The notes under the pieces: model-generated
Seen by the model: only the letters and a program-made list of their open reading frames with translations
Database searches by the model: none
Told to the model about the DNA's origin: nothing
Source: Verrucomicrobiaceae bacterium
Lineage (GTDB): Bacteria; Verrucomicrobiota; Verrucomicrobiia; Verrucomicrobiales; Verrucomicrobiaceae
Length of the DNA: 47,207 bases
Assembly: GCA_947477755.1 (NCBI GenBank)
Contig: CANJVS010000001.1
Location: forward strand, 1-47,207
Direction of reading: 5' to 3'
Shown: one piece after another, positions 28,906 through 37,781 of the stretch
Layout of the letters: each line of letters begins with the position of its first letter
Numbering within the stretch: the stretch's first letter is position 1
Program-made: the position numbers and the translations under genes

Positions 28906-29615
28906 ACACCATCACCAATCTGCCTGAAACAGGCTCGATTCAGCCATTTGTTCGCATTCCGGCTGGAACTCATTTTGGTTTCCGCTCGGGACTGATTGGG
29001 CGTCAGAAGTCCCGGTGTCTTGTTGAAACTAAAAATGAAACCTTCACCGGGCCGGGATTGCATTTGCTGATAGCTCCAAATGGCGCTGGAAAGAGTACTC
29101 TACTCAGGACTCTGGCTGGATTGACACCTGCGCTCTCCGGAAACATCGAACGAAATGGTCGGGTGGACTATTTTTCGGATGATTTAAGGGTAGGGGCGGA
29201 ACTCAAGCCGGGAACACTGTTTCGATCATGGTTGCGGGGCGCTGCGCTGGCAAAGGCTTATGAATTCGCAGAGCTACTCAAACTCGACGTGCACACTCCA
29301 TTTGGGCGCCTTTCACGTGGCAATAAACAGAAAATGATGCTGATTCTGGCGGAGGTGAAAATTCGATATTCAGGAGGTCCATCTTTGCTACTGATGGACG
29401 AGCCGCTTTCGGGGTTGGACATCGAAACGAGAAAGATTGTGGCTGAGCTCTGGGCATCCGCCGAAAGTACGGCCGTGCGCTGGGTTATTCTTCACGAATT
29501 GGAATCAATCCAACACGCAGATTCATTGCTTACGATTCATCAAGGCGACCTGAAGCAAGCCCGAAATCGCATTGGTAGGACGTGGTCTGAAACTTATCAA
29601 ACTTTGCAACAATGA
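28902..29615 (+). CDS. ABC transporter ATP-binding protein
   Basis: Walker A APNGAGKST, signature LSRGN, Walker B LLLMDEP and H-loop ILHE; ATGA overlap with the pilin stop. Confidence 0.88.
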   Translation: MNTITNLPETGSIQPFVRIPAGTHFGFRSGLIGRQKSRCLVETKNETFTGPGLHLLIAPNGAGKSTLLRTLAGLTPALSGNIERNGRVDYFSDDLRVGAELKPGTLFRSWLRGAALAKAYEFAELLKLDVHTPFGRLSRGNKQKMMLILAEVKIRYSGGPSLLLMDEPLSGLDIETRKIVAELWASAESTAVRWVILHELESIQHADSLLTIHQGDLKQARNRIGRTWSETYQTLQQ

Positions 29616-30391
29616 ATTCCTTGCGCCGATGGCCTTTGTGCCGCTCCTGCATAGCAGAAATGAGTTCACGCGGTAGTTGCTGGCTTGTTTTGTGCGGTGT
29701 TATGCTTTTTGCCTGGCTAATGCCGATGCTTACTCCCTGGGAGGAGAATCCCCAAATTCTTCAGCCGGCGCGAGCGCAGGCATCTTGGGTTTACCTTTGG
29801 TTGATGATGTTTTCTTGGTTGCCGTTTCAGGCCGCCATCTTTGGGCATCGTGTGTGCAGGGATGGTCTGCTCGATCACCTAAGCGCTGCGGGCTCAAAAA
29901 AATTTAGCCTGTGCCTGCAAATCACTGCTGCCGTGGTGATTTGGCTGTTGGTTCTTGTGCTCCTTGGAGTGCTGATCTGTGGCACGGTTTGCCTGCCAAA
30001 ACGACATGAAGAAGCTGTGCTTTGGTGGCAGCTACTGGCGCAGTATGGGTTACTCTATTCCTTGTGTGGCATTCCACTTCTGTGGCTAGCCGTGGCTTTG
30101 GGAACACGAGTATCGGAGATCATTGCGTTTTTAATGCCTGTTGGGTTGCTTTTTATCGGATTATTTGGAGCGGTTTGGTTCGTGCCGCTGCTGGAAGGTT
30201 CGGATAATGGTCTTACTCGGACCTTCTGGATGATGCTCCCTCACTATCATCTGGCCGACTTGACCCCGCGACTGGTTTTCAAATTGGGACCACTCTCCAC
30301 GGCAGATTTTACCACGTCCGTCCTTATTCTGAGTTCGCAGGGGGCTGCGCTAATTTTGTTCGGCTTATGTCTATTTCGAACACGCCCTTAA
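29612..30391 (+). CDS. ABC-2-type permease-like membrane protein
   Basis: About six hydrophobic helices; ATGA overlap with the ABC ATPase. Confidence 0.7.
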   Translation: MNSLRRWPLCRSCIAEMSSRGSCWLVLCGVMLFAWLMPMLTPWEENPQILQPARAQASWVYLWLMMFSWLPFQAAIFGHRVCRDGLLDHLSAAGSKKFSLCLQITAAVVIWLLVLVLLGVLICGTVCLPKRHEEAVLWWQLLAQYGLLYSLCGIPLLWLAVALGTRVSEIIAFLMPVGLLFIGLFGAVWFVPLLEGSDNGLTRTFWMMLPHYHLADLTPRLVFKLGPLSTADFTTSVLILSSQGAALILFGLCLFRTRP

Positions 30392-31248
30392 CACTGCTTT
30401 GCTCCGGATTTTTGTGGTGTCTCGCGGGTTTCGTGGAGAAAGACTGCAGATCGCAAGAGGTCTCATTTTTTGCCGTGCCGGGGAGTGCCTATGGCAGTCT
30501 GGCTGCGCGGCAGATGAAATACTCCCTCTATAGCTACTGGCACCAAGGCGAAAGCGCTTATGCCCCTCCAGCTGCTGCTGTTGATGGGGGGGGCGAGAAG
30601 CTTCCTCCTCCCGGCCGGTTTAAGCGGAGTGGCCCGGAGAAGCCTAATCGGGACTTAATAAAAACCAGTGTTCAAAAGGCAATCTGGTATGAGCGATTAC
30701 TGCAAACTCTTCTGGTTTTGGAATCGCACCGGACTCGCAGCAACACGCAGTTTAAAACTTCGCCGGCGCACCAGCGATATCTGGAGGCCTCCGCTATCTG
30801 GCGTTTGCAACTTGCTTGTGCGCTCGATCCTGGAGATCCAGCCCTCTATGAGATCCTAAACATGGCCTTATCCACTAAGCTGGCGCATTCAGAATCCGTG
30901 CGTTTGCAACTTGTCACTTTGGTGGATCGAGCCATCAAGAAATCCAGTTCGCCTCAGGCAGGGATGTTGGATCAATTGACAGCGATCGGGGCGGCTATTG
31001 ACCGCTTGAATGAGCTTCTGTCTCCTGATTTAAAAACAAAGGATGAGACTGCCATCAGGTATTACTGGGATGTTGTTCAAACGGGTCAGGTGCGCTACGA
31101 GACGATTAGAAAACAGGCCGGCGACGAAGGGTGGTGGGGTGGCATTTCAATGGTCCGACAGCAGGAAATAGAGAGTCACGCAGGATTCCTAAAGCGCATT
31201 GCCAACGGACTTGGCAAAGTGGTGGATTCAGGAAAGTCCAAAAAGTAG
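30367..31248 (+). CDS. Hypothetical exported or membrane-anchored helical (possibly TPR-like) protein
   Basis: Hydrophobic N-terminus; TPR-like ACALDPGD turn; last gene of the plus-strand operon. Confidence 0.55.
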   Translation: MSISNTPLTLLCSGFLWCLAGFVEKDCRSQEVSFFAVPGSAYGSLAARQMKYSLYSYWHQGESAYAPPAAAVDGGGEKLPPPGRFKRSGPEKPNRDLIKTSVQKAIWYERLLQTLLVLESHRTRSNTQFKTSPAHQRYLEASAIWRLQLACALDPGDPALYEILNMALSTKLAHSESVRLQLVTLVDRAIKKSSSPQAGMLDQLTAIGAAIDRLNELLSPDLKTKDETAIRYYWDVVQTGQVRYETIRKQAGDEGWWGGISMVRQQEIESHAGFLKRIANGLGKVVDSGKSKK

Positions 31249-31267
31249 GGGGCTGCCATTTAACTGG

Positions 31268-32428
31268 TTAGCTGATCAAATTGGAATTGAAAACATCCTC
31301 ACTAATTTGACCTTCCCGATACAGCTTCATCAAGGATTGATCCCAGCGCTGATTGCCTTTGTACTTCAAGGCATCGGCTAAACAAGTGGCGGTACCATCA
31401 TAAACCCTGATGCCTGCGGACACGGCATCGCTGGTGTTTTGAAGATACTCCGTGACCAGAACACGGCCCTTAAAGCCTGTGAGCAAGCCTTGGGACAAGA
31501 CAAATGTCATGGTTTCCCCCAAGCGTTGAAGAATTCCTGCATGCTGGTCCTGCGGGAAAAATTCCAGAATACGGCCAATTGTTTTTACGGCTCCGCGCGT
31601 ATGCAGGGTGGAGAGGACGAAGTGGCCCGTTTGGGCTGCCTCGATGCAGGTTTCCATTGTCTGCCTGTCTCGTATTTCTCCAATAAGGATGATGTGTGGT
31701 GCCTTGCGCAAAACCTCCTTGAGGCCGCTTTGGTAGGAATTGGTGTCTCGTCCAACTTCCTGCTGAGTGATGAGCGAGGGACTGTATATTCGGGAGCCAG
31801 GATGATTGGGATCATCCATCATTGAGTCGTAGCGGTATTCGATCGGGTCTTCGATGGTGACGATGTGTTTTTGAAAATTACGTCGAACCCAATCAAGCAG
31901 AGCCGCCAGTGTGGTGGATTTTCCGGAACCGGTAGGACCGGTGATCAGGCCAAGGCCAAAGCGTCTCTGAATGAGTTCGCGCAGGCTGTCTGACACCAAT
32001 GGATCAATGCCCAGTGTTTCCAACTGACTGATTTGGGAGCGGAGCCAGCGAGAGGTAATGCCCAAGCCATTCGAACTGAGATGGATCTGAACACGCATTC
32101 TCACAGGAGATCCCAGAACGCCCTGCTCACAACTGATGTCTAGAACACGTTGTTCCTTGAGCAGGCTCCACATTCTTTCAGCCGTGTAGGCGGTGTCCGC
32201 TGCGGACCATAACTCGGTGCTCTGGTTGCAAAACAGGGCCGCTGCTGTGTGGGCAACTTGTTCTGCGGTCTGAATGCCAAGGGACTCGGCTATTACCACG
32301 CCCTGATTGGTGTGGACGTAGATCAGACCTCCCGTGCGTATCTGCACATCAGAGATTTCACGGTCAGGGTAGAGGGCCGCAAGCTGTCCGAGGATATTGA
32401 AAGAGGCAGAATCGTGATCAGGCATCAT
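31268..32428 (-). CDS. pilT: PilT/PilU family retraction ATPase (divergent)
   Basis: Walker A GPTGSGKSTT; TIEDPIEY; QQEVGRDT; LRKAPHIILIGEIRD; GHFVLSTLHT; 386 aa with no tetracysteine motif. Confidence 0.88.
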   Translation of the reverse strand: MMPDHDSASFNILGQLAALYPDREISDVQIRTGGLIYVHTNQGVVIAESLGIQTAEQVAHTAAALFCNQSTELWSAADTAYTAERMWSLLKEQRVLDISCEQGVLGSPVRMRVQIHLSSNGLGITSRWLRSQISQLETLGIDPLVSDSLRELIQRRFGLGLITGPTGSGKSTTLAALLDWVRRNFQKHIVTIEDPIEYRYDSMMDDPNHPGSRIYSPSLITQQEVGRDTNSYQSGLKEVLRKAPHIILIGEIRDRQTMETCIEAAQTGHFVLSTLHTRGAVKTIGRILEFFPQDQHAGILQRLGETMTFVLSQGLLTGFKGRVLVTEYLQNTSDAVSAGIRVYDGTATCLADALKYKGNQRWDQSLMKLYREGQISEDVFNSNLIS

Positions 32429-32449
32429 GTAACTATGGTCAGATTGGCG

Positions 32450-34417
32450 CTAGTCCTGCAAGATTTCCTCAATGACAATCAACCAACTCATTTGATAAAC
32501 CGGCGGTAGTTCGGCCGGACTGCGGACGGGGGAGAGCTGAGCGCTAATCAGGTCGGTATGCACGGATTCGTCAGTTCCGGATTTTAAATCCAGAGGTTTC
32601 CAGTTGGTTGTCCCGCTAGTTGCGCTAGTTGCGCTAGTTGCGCTAGTCCCGAGATTTCCAAGCTGACCAATCACTTCAAGTGGTCTGACGAATGAAGTGG
32701 TCCCGATTCGAGCCTCGGCGGCAAAGATCGACATGGGAGGGTAGAACTCTGCTCCAGTGGGTAGGCCAGAGTCTGCAGGTGCTGCCATCGGTGTAGTGTT
32801 AATATCATCGCCCAGATAAACGCGCAATGGACTTACGATGGACATGCCGGAAGAGAAAGTGGTCAAATCTTTGCCTGAACGAACAATGACACACATGTCT
32901 TCGGTGGCGGGTGGGGAGCTTAAAACACGGACTGTTGAGTTTGCGCCGGTGGTGCCGGGAATAAAGTAAATGCTGTTGTTGACGCTTGTGGAAGCTCCAC
33001 CATTGAGTTCCAGCCAGCCATTAAACAATGCCGAATGAAAAGTAATGCTTGCACGATTGCTGCTAGTCAATTCAGTTTGAAAAGGCATCAGATTCCCTCC
33101 CGTTTCAAAAATAGTGGGCCAATTGTTACCTCTGGTCAGAGAAATTTCGATAGTGCTGCCTGTTGGCGAAAGGAAACGCACACGTATGCGGGTTGGGGTC
33201 TGGTTTGCGTAGCTGACCATTGAAAGAGCCTCCACCGTCACCGCGCATTTTTGTGCGCCGATTGCATAGTTTTGCCATTCGGTGGGTGTGGGTGTGCTTG
33301 GTGGGCGCTGCAGAAACTGGGTGCCGGCCTGAATTGGTAAAAAGGCGAGTCTTCCGGAGTTTGCAGAGAGTGCCACAGGCAGGCTGTCAGACCTGGTGTC
33401 AGCCTGTAGCTGTTCGCGGACCCCCAGGGAATCAAAGGTATTGCTGATATTCAAGCCTCCCATGGTGACACTATCTGTGATGTTGATGCTGTTGCCCCCC
33501 GCAAGACGACTGGCGCCAAAGGTGCCCTCCACAGCCAACTGTTTTGCGTAGATGGTGCCATCAATACTGATCTGGTTGCTCATCCATGCCGTGCCGTCAT
33601 TGAACCTCCCAATGGTGGCGAGGGTTGAGGTTTCGATGGCCATTTGTGAAGGGATCTCATAAAGTGAAAGGATGTAGTTTTTTGCGGTGCTCCGGGTTGA
33701 ATTACCGTAATTGACGGTGAATGCCCACCAGTTACGTTTTGCCACAAAAGGCTGCCCCGGAGTCGTGTAGCCAAAGCGTATGTTCGGGTAGGGAATCAGG
33801 TTGTAGACCGGGTAAGCAGAGATACTTGCCAGCAGGCTTGGATCTTGAGTGGCGTACTGCTTTTGTGTTGAAATAATGGGGCGGATCGCATCTGCATCCT
33901 GCAGTGTTTGGCTCATTTTAAGTGTCGGGGGAACGCGTCCGGTGAAGGTTGATCTCGAGAAAATGGATGAATAAGAGGTGGACCCTGGAGTCACCTGGTT
34001 GGCCACTCCGCTGAGTGAGGTGATCCAGCTGCCAATCTGAGTGTCAGTGCTTCCTCCAACATCAGCGCTACGGGAAGTTCCCAATTTCAGGCTCTCAATG
34101 AGTGCAGGGCTTAACCGTTCAGACACCGTGGATAGAGTGATTGAATCCGAAAAAATCCGTTTCCATGAATACTCTTCAGAGGCCGCGTAATTCGCTTTCA
34201 TGCAGGCGATGGCTTTGGCCGGGAAAATAGCCACGATGGCCCGCATCAGGACATCTTCACGCTGCTGGTAATCCAAATTCAGCTGGAAGCTTGCGGCTTT
34301 ATCCTGATTCAGCAGCATCTGACTGAATAACAAAATCAGGCTCAGCGTAATCAATAGCGCAATAACGGTTACCGCCGGTAATGCGGCGAACCCCGACTGG
34401 TTGCTCCGCTTCTTCAT
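32450..34417 (-). CDS. Large PilX/GspK-like minor pilin with an extended beta-rich domain
   Basis: Leader MKKRSNQSG|FAALP (no Glu5, as in PilX/GspK) plus a hydrophobic helix; 655 aa; coupled to the upstream pilin. Confidence 0.65.
   Translation of the reverse strand: MKKRSNQSGFAALPAVTVIALLITLSLILLFSQMLLNQDKAASFQLNLDYQQREDVLMRAIVAIFPAKAIACMKANYAASEEYSWKRIFSDSITLSTVSERLSPALIESLKLGTSRSADVGGSTDTQIGSWITSLSGVANQVTPGSTSYSSIFSRSTFTGRVPPTLKMSQTLQDADAIRPIISTQKQYATQDPSLLASISAYPVYNLIPYPNIRFGYTTPGQPFVAKRNWWAFTVNYGNSTRSTAKNYILSLYEIPSQMAIETSTLATIGRFNDGTAWMSNQISIDGTIYAKQLAVEGTFGASRLAGGNSINITDSVTMGGLNISNTFDSLGVREQLQADTRSDSLPVALSANSGRLAFLPIQAGTQFLQRPPSTPTPTEWQNYAIGAQKCAVTVEALSMVSYANQTPTRIRVRFLSPTGSTIEISLTRGNNWPTIFETGGNLMPFQTELTSSNRASITFHSALFNGWLELNGGASTSVNNSIYFIPGTTGANSTVRVLSSPPATEDMCVIVRSGKDLTTFSSGMSIVSPLRVYLGDDINTTPMAAPADSGLPTGAEFYPPMSIFAAEARIGTTSFVRPLEVIGQLGNLGTSATSATSATSGTTNWKPLDLKSGTDESVHTDLISAQLSPVRSPAELPPVYQMSWLIVIEEILQD
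32614..32647. repeat. Perfect 9-bp in-frame tandem repeat (encodes TSA TSA TSA TS)
   Basis: CGCTAGTTG x3 plus CGCTAGT. Confidence 0.9.
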
Positions 34418-34950
34418 CGTGATCCTCCGCTGTAGGTGATTTCTTCGCCATACGGCCCATATAGGGTGGCGTTAAGAATTCCCTGATTCGCACTAAACGA
34501 TGCGTCTGCCAGCTTGTCGCTGATAACCCATGAAGTCTCCGAGCCGTCGGGTTGAATTGTGTAGAATTTCAACCGCGTGATCCCTCCACTGGTTTGGACC
34601 CCGATGAGACGCTCCTTGGTAGTCTGGGCGGCAGCGCGGAAGAAAAGGCGCACGGCTTTGCCATTGCTCATGATTGGCTGGCTGCCAGCCCGGGCCGAAT
34701 CATGGTTTGCGTAGACAAAGTAATGATCGGCCTGATTGATGATGCGCCCCAGCAGGGCACCAATACTGGGTGCTTCATTGGTTAGAAAAGTCTGGCGCTT
34801 TGCCATTTCCATAAACGTCAAGTGCTGCTGCAGCATGACCACAAGAATGCTGGACAGCATGAGCATCAAAGAGATCGCGACAGAAAGCTCCACCAGCGTA
34901 AAGCCTGCCGCAGTTCGCAAGGTGTTTGATCGAGGGCACCGCTGTCTCAT
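34414..34950 (-). CDS. PilW/GspJ-like minor prepilin
   Basis: AAG|FTLVELSVA class III signal; 4-bp overlaps with both neighbours. Confidence 0.8.
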   Translation of the reverse strand: MRQRCPRSNTLRTAAGFTLVELSVAISLMLMLSSILVVMLQQHLTFMEMAKRQTFLTNEAPSIGALLGRIINQADHYFVYANHDSARAGSQPIMSNGKAVRLFFRAAAQTTKERLIGVQTSGGITRLKFYTIQPDGSETSWVISDKLADASFSANQGILNATLYGPYGEEITYSGGSR

Positions 34951-35420
34951 TGCATACGGAGGGTTGATCTACTTTTCACGTAGTGCTGGTTACCAATTTC
35001 GTATTTCAGGACAGAGTACAGCCTGATGACGCTGAGGTTGGTTGCAGTGGAGACCTCGCTGGCGATATCGAGACGAAATCGTGTTAATGTTGCCTGGATC
35101 AGGCTGCCTCCGGCTGCTTTGCCCAGAGTCACGGTTTGATCGGCGCTTGCATCTATGCTTGGCCAGAGTGATTCCGCAGCAGTCAGATCAACCCACGGGA
35201 TGCGATTTGAAAGTGCTGTTTCTCTTGTCAGATAGGCGTCAGTCAGGGTTTGCATCACTGTCCATTGATTGCCTGAGATAGCCAGCAGGGAGGCTTTCAT
35301 CATGACAAGCGCCAGCATTACGGTGAGGCCCAAGGCGAGGGAGACTTCAATCAAGAGACTTCCGGGACAGGATCTGCGTCGCAGATGAGTCGCGTTCTGG
35401 CGCATTAGCTTCATAACCAA
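34947..35420 (-). CDS. PilV/GspI-like minor prepilin
   Basis: RRRSCPG|SLLIEVSLALGL, a class III-like signal with Glu5. Confidence 0.65.
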   Translation of the reverse strand: MVMKLMRQNATHLRRRSCPGSLLIEVSLALGLTVMLALVMMKASLLAISGNQWTVMQTLTDAYLTRETALSNRIPWVDLTAAESLWPSIDASADQTVTLGKAAGGSLIQATLTRFRLDIASEVSTATNLSVIRLYSVLKYEIGNQHYVKSRSTLRMQ

Positions 35421-35442
35421 AGCTTACGCTTATGGATCGGTG

Positions 35443-36516
35443 TCAGGGTTTTTCACTTGAGCTGATTCTTCCTCGCGTGGTAATGGTTCGATCCACACTG
35501 AAAGTTATATTGATCAGCCTTTCGGGAGCACGATTAAAAAAAGGAGTTTCTGTAATGACCTCAAGGGTGTAGGTGCCGTCACGATTAGCATAATTAGATA
35601 GGTCCGGAATTGAGAGCGTTCGGCATTGTGGAACGTTTGTGGGTTCGCCTTCAAGATCCGGATTATAGTGGCGTCCAAAGCAATGTTTTGTGCCTTCGAC
35701 GACAGTCCCAACTTTTCCTAAAGCCTCTGTCCCTTTATAGATCTGAACGTGCGTGCATGAGTCTGGGTAGAGATCTTTAAGTTTAACGATGACTGCTGGC
35801 AGGCGATCAATGTAAAGTTTATTATGCTCAATATTTTCAATGGTTGCTGTAGCCACAGGCCAAATTTCCACTTTAGGCTCTGTCAAAATAGTTGCCGGCA
35901 CCCCGTCCGATTCATAGCGGATAAATTTATAGGATTGTTCGCCGCATGCATGACTAGGAGATGCGGAATCAAGTTCGTGATAGACACCGCTTACACTTTT
36001 GTTGCAATTGCCCAGAGTACTTTCATGAAGCAAGCGAGTGGGCTGATTCAGGCTTGAATAGGTTGTGGAATCGTACTTCACGCCAGAACATGCGTAATAG
36101 ACACATTTTTCGGCCAGCTCTTCACCGTCATCTACCAAACCACTGACTCCAATTCGAATGTCGATAGGGCGATCAGCGCGTGTTCGGTACACACAGGAAT
36201 TTCCAGTGCCACGAACATACGAATCCTCACTTGTGATACTGCACCCTGCAGCGGGGGAATAGGTATACAAAAGTTTTGAATCTAAGAGATAAATGTTTGT
36301 ATCCCATGCAGTGCCGCTTGCGAAAAGTTGGAATAGTGATCCTTGGTCACCAATCGGTAACATAGAGTTGAAGGCGTTTTTATTTAGAGTGCCATTTATT
36401 GGAATGTCATAAACTAAAGCAGAACCAAGCACGGTCTGTCTTACCCAAGCCTGAGATTGCGCTGGAAGTTGTTGGCAAATCCAGAGTGCTAAGAATACAA
36501 TTATCGGCTTTTTCAT
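35443..36516 (-). CDS. Hypothetical secreted Cys-containing beta-rich protein
   Basis: Sec signal MKKPIIVFLALWICQQLPA; multiple Cys; co-oriented with the minor pilins. Confidence 0.65.
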   Translation of the reverse strand: MKKPIIVFLALWICQQLPAQSQAWVRQTVLGSALVYDIPINGTLNKNAFNSMLPIGDQGSLFQLFASGTAWDTNIYLLDSKLLYTYSPAAGCSITSEDSYVRGTGNSCVYRTRADRPIDIRIGVSGLVDDGEELAEKCVYYACSGVKYDSTTYSSLNQPTRLLHESTLGNCNKSVSGVYHELDSASPSHACGEQSYKFIRYESDGVPATILTEPKVEIWPVATATIENIEHNKLYIDRLPAVIVKLKDLYPDSCTHVQIYKGTEALGKVGTVVEGTKHCFGRHYNPDLEGEPTNVPQCRTLSIPDLSNYANRDGTYTLEVITETPFFNRAPERLINITFSVDRTITTRGRISSSEKP

Positions 36517-36528
36517 AAGTGAATGATT

Positions 36529-37191
36529 TTATTTGCGGTCGCTTTGAGTTGTGTTTGAAGCCTCTAGAATACAGATGGGGTTACTTCGATAAACAGCCAC
36601 TCGAAGTTTTAAATCACTATCTAATTTCTGCATGATATCAGCAGTGGCATCCTTGTCTCCCAGGGCCATTTCCATCGGCACTTCCTGAGTTGACAGCCAC
36701 TTGGCATTCTGCTTGAGAAATACTGGCCAAAGCAGGAAACTTCCACGAGGGGCACTTACGACATGTTCACGCAAGTTTGCAGGAAGGCGTAGGATGCAAC
36801 CCTGTGGGATGAGTGTGAAATTTGTGCCGTCAAACAGAATGATGGATTTGCTGAAGGCTGAGTCGTCAAGGCTAGGGCGGGCGTCACCGATGGGTTTCCT
36901 GTTTGCAGAGACTAGATCCTTCATCTTTGGAGAGGCGCTTATCAATTCTCGCAATTTTGAATCTGATATGACATCGCGTTCAGCAGGCTTTGGGATACCA
37001 ATGATTTGCTGTTTGACATCGTTTTCCCTGTTTTCGACTGGGGCGAAAATCCCAGGCACACTTTCAGTTGGTGATTTCGTCGGACAGAAATTGTCGGCTC
37101 CTCTTAGTGGCACAAGTTGAGAATACAACACCACAGCGATAACTAAATCGCCTGATTGGCCTAATTTTTGAATGCAGGTATTCAAAATCAT
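36529..37191 (-). CDS. Hypothetical protein (probably exported)
   Basis: 220-aa ORF with a hydrophobic N-terminal stretch; 12-14 bp gaps to both neighbours. Confidence 0.6.
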   Translation of the reverse strand: MILNTCIQKLGQSGDLVIAVVLYSQLVPLRGADNFCPTKSPTESVPGIFAPVENRENDVKQQIIGIPKPAERDVISDSKLRELISASPKMKDLVSANRKPIGDARPSLDDSAFSKSIILFDGTNFTLIPQGCILRLPANLREHVVSAPRGSFLLWPVFLKQNAKWLSTQEVPMEMALGDKDATADIMQKLDSDLKLRVAVYRSNPICILEASNTTQSDRK

Positions 37192-37205
37192 ATTACGGCG
37201 TGCGA

Positions 37206-37781
37206 TTACTCTCGCGTTATAGTTGCGGTGCCTGAAGGCTTGGCGTTGGGATTGTTCAGAACGAATTTTCCGGTGCTGAATATTAGACTGCCAACTGGCT
37301 TGGGCGGATCCTTCTGATACTCACCGAGGATATTAAACGTACCGGAAGCCTTTTTGTCACTTCCTTCTAAAGAATTCCATTTGAGCGAAAATGTAATTGG
37401 AGTATTAGAGGCCTTGAAGATAACCGCTGGAGCAATTGGTAATGAAATCAGTGGGGATGCATTGAAGGTTGCAATATCTTTGAAGATTAGATTAGCTGTC
37501 CGACTATTACCAACGCTGCTTGAAACAGTGGCCACCAATGTGTATTTATTTTTGTCACCTTTAATATAATTAATGACATTTCCTTTGGCCTCCAGTCCCG
37601 TCATCACGAATTTGTAGGAACTCAAGAGACTATACGTTAGCGAGAAGGATGCCCCTGAAGCATACATTTGGCCCACAGGCACACCGGGCCCGCCTAACAT
37701 TACGTCTCCTAGAGCGGCTCTGGTAATGGTCAAGACCAGCAGTGCGTGAATAAGCAATTTTACGTTCGGAGTTTTCATCAT
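37206..37781 (-). CDS. Hypothetical secreted protein
   Basis: Signal peptide ending in RAALG-D; Ser/Thr/Gly-rich beta-like body; first gene of the minus-strand operon. Confidence 0.6.
   Translation of the reverse strand: MMKTPNVKLLIHALLVLTITRAALGDVMLGGPGVPVGQMYASGASFSLTYSLLSSYKFVMTGLEAKGNVINYIKGDKNKYTLVATVSSSVGNSRTANLIFKDIATFNASPLISLPIAPAVIFKASNTPITFSLKWNSLEGSDKKASGTFNILGEYQKDPPKPVGSLIFSTGKFVLNNPNAKPSGTATITRE

Noticed and set aside
30801-30913. 14-bp direct repeat GCGTTTGCAACTTG, 99 bp apart
   Set aside because: Both copies are in frame and encode RLQL inside one gene. There are only two copies, so there is no evidence of a mobile or regulatory role.
19161-37781. Calling the locus a DNA-uptake (competence) or Tad system
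   Set aside because: There is no comEC/comEA/dprA in the window and no Flp pilin, TadA/CpaF or TadB/C signatures.
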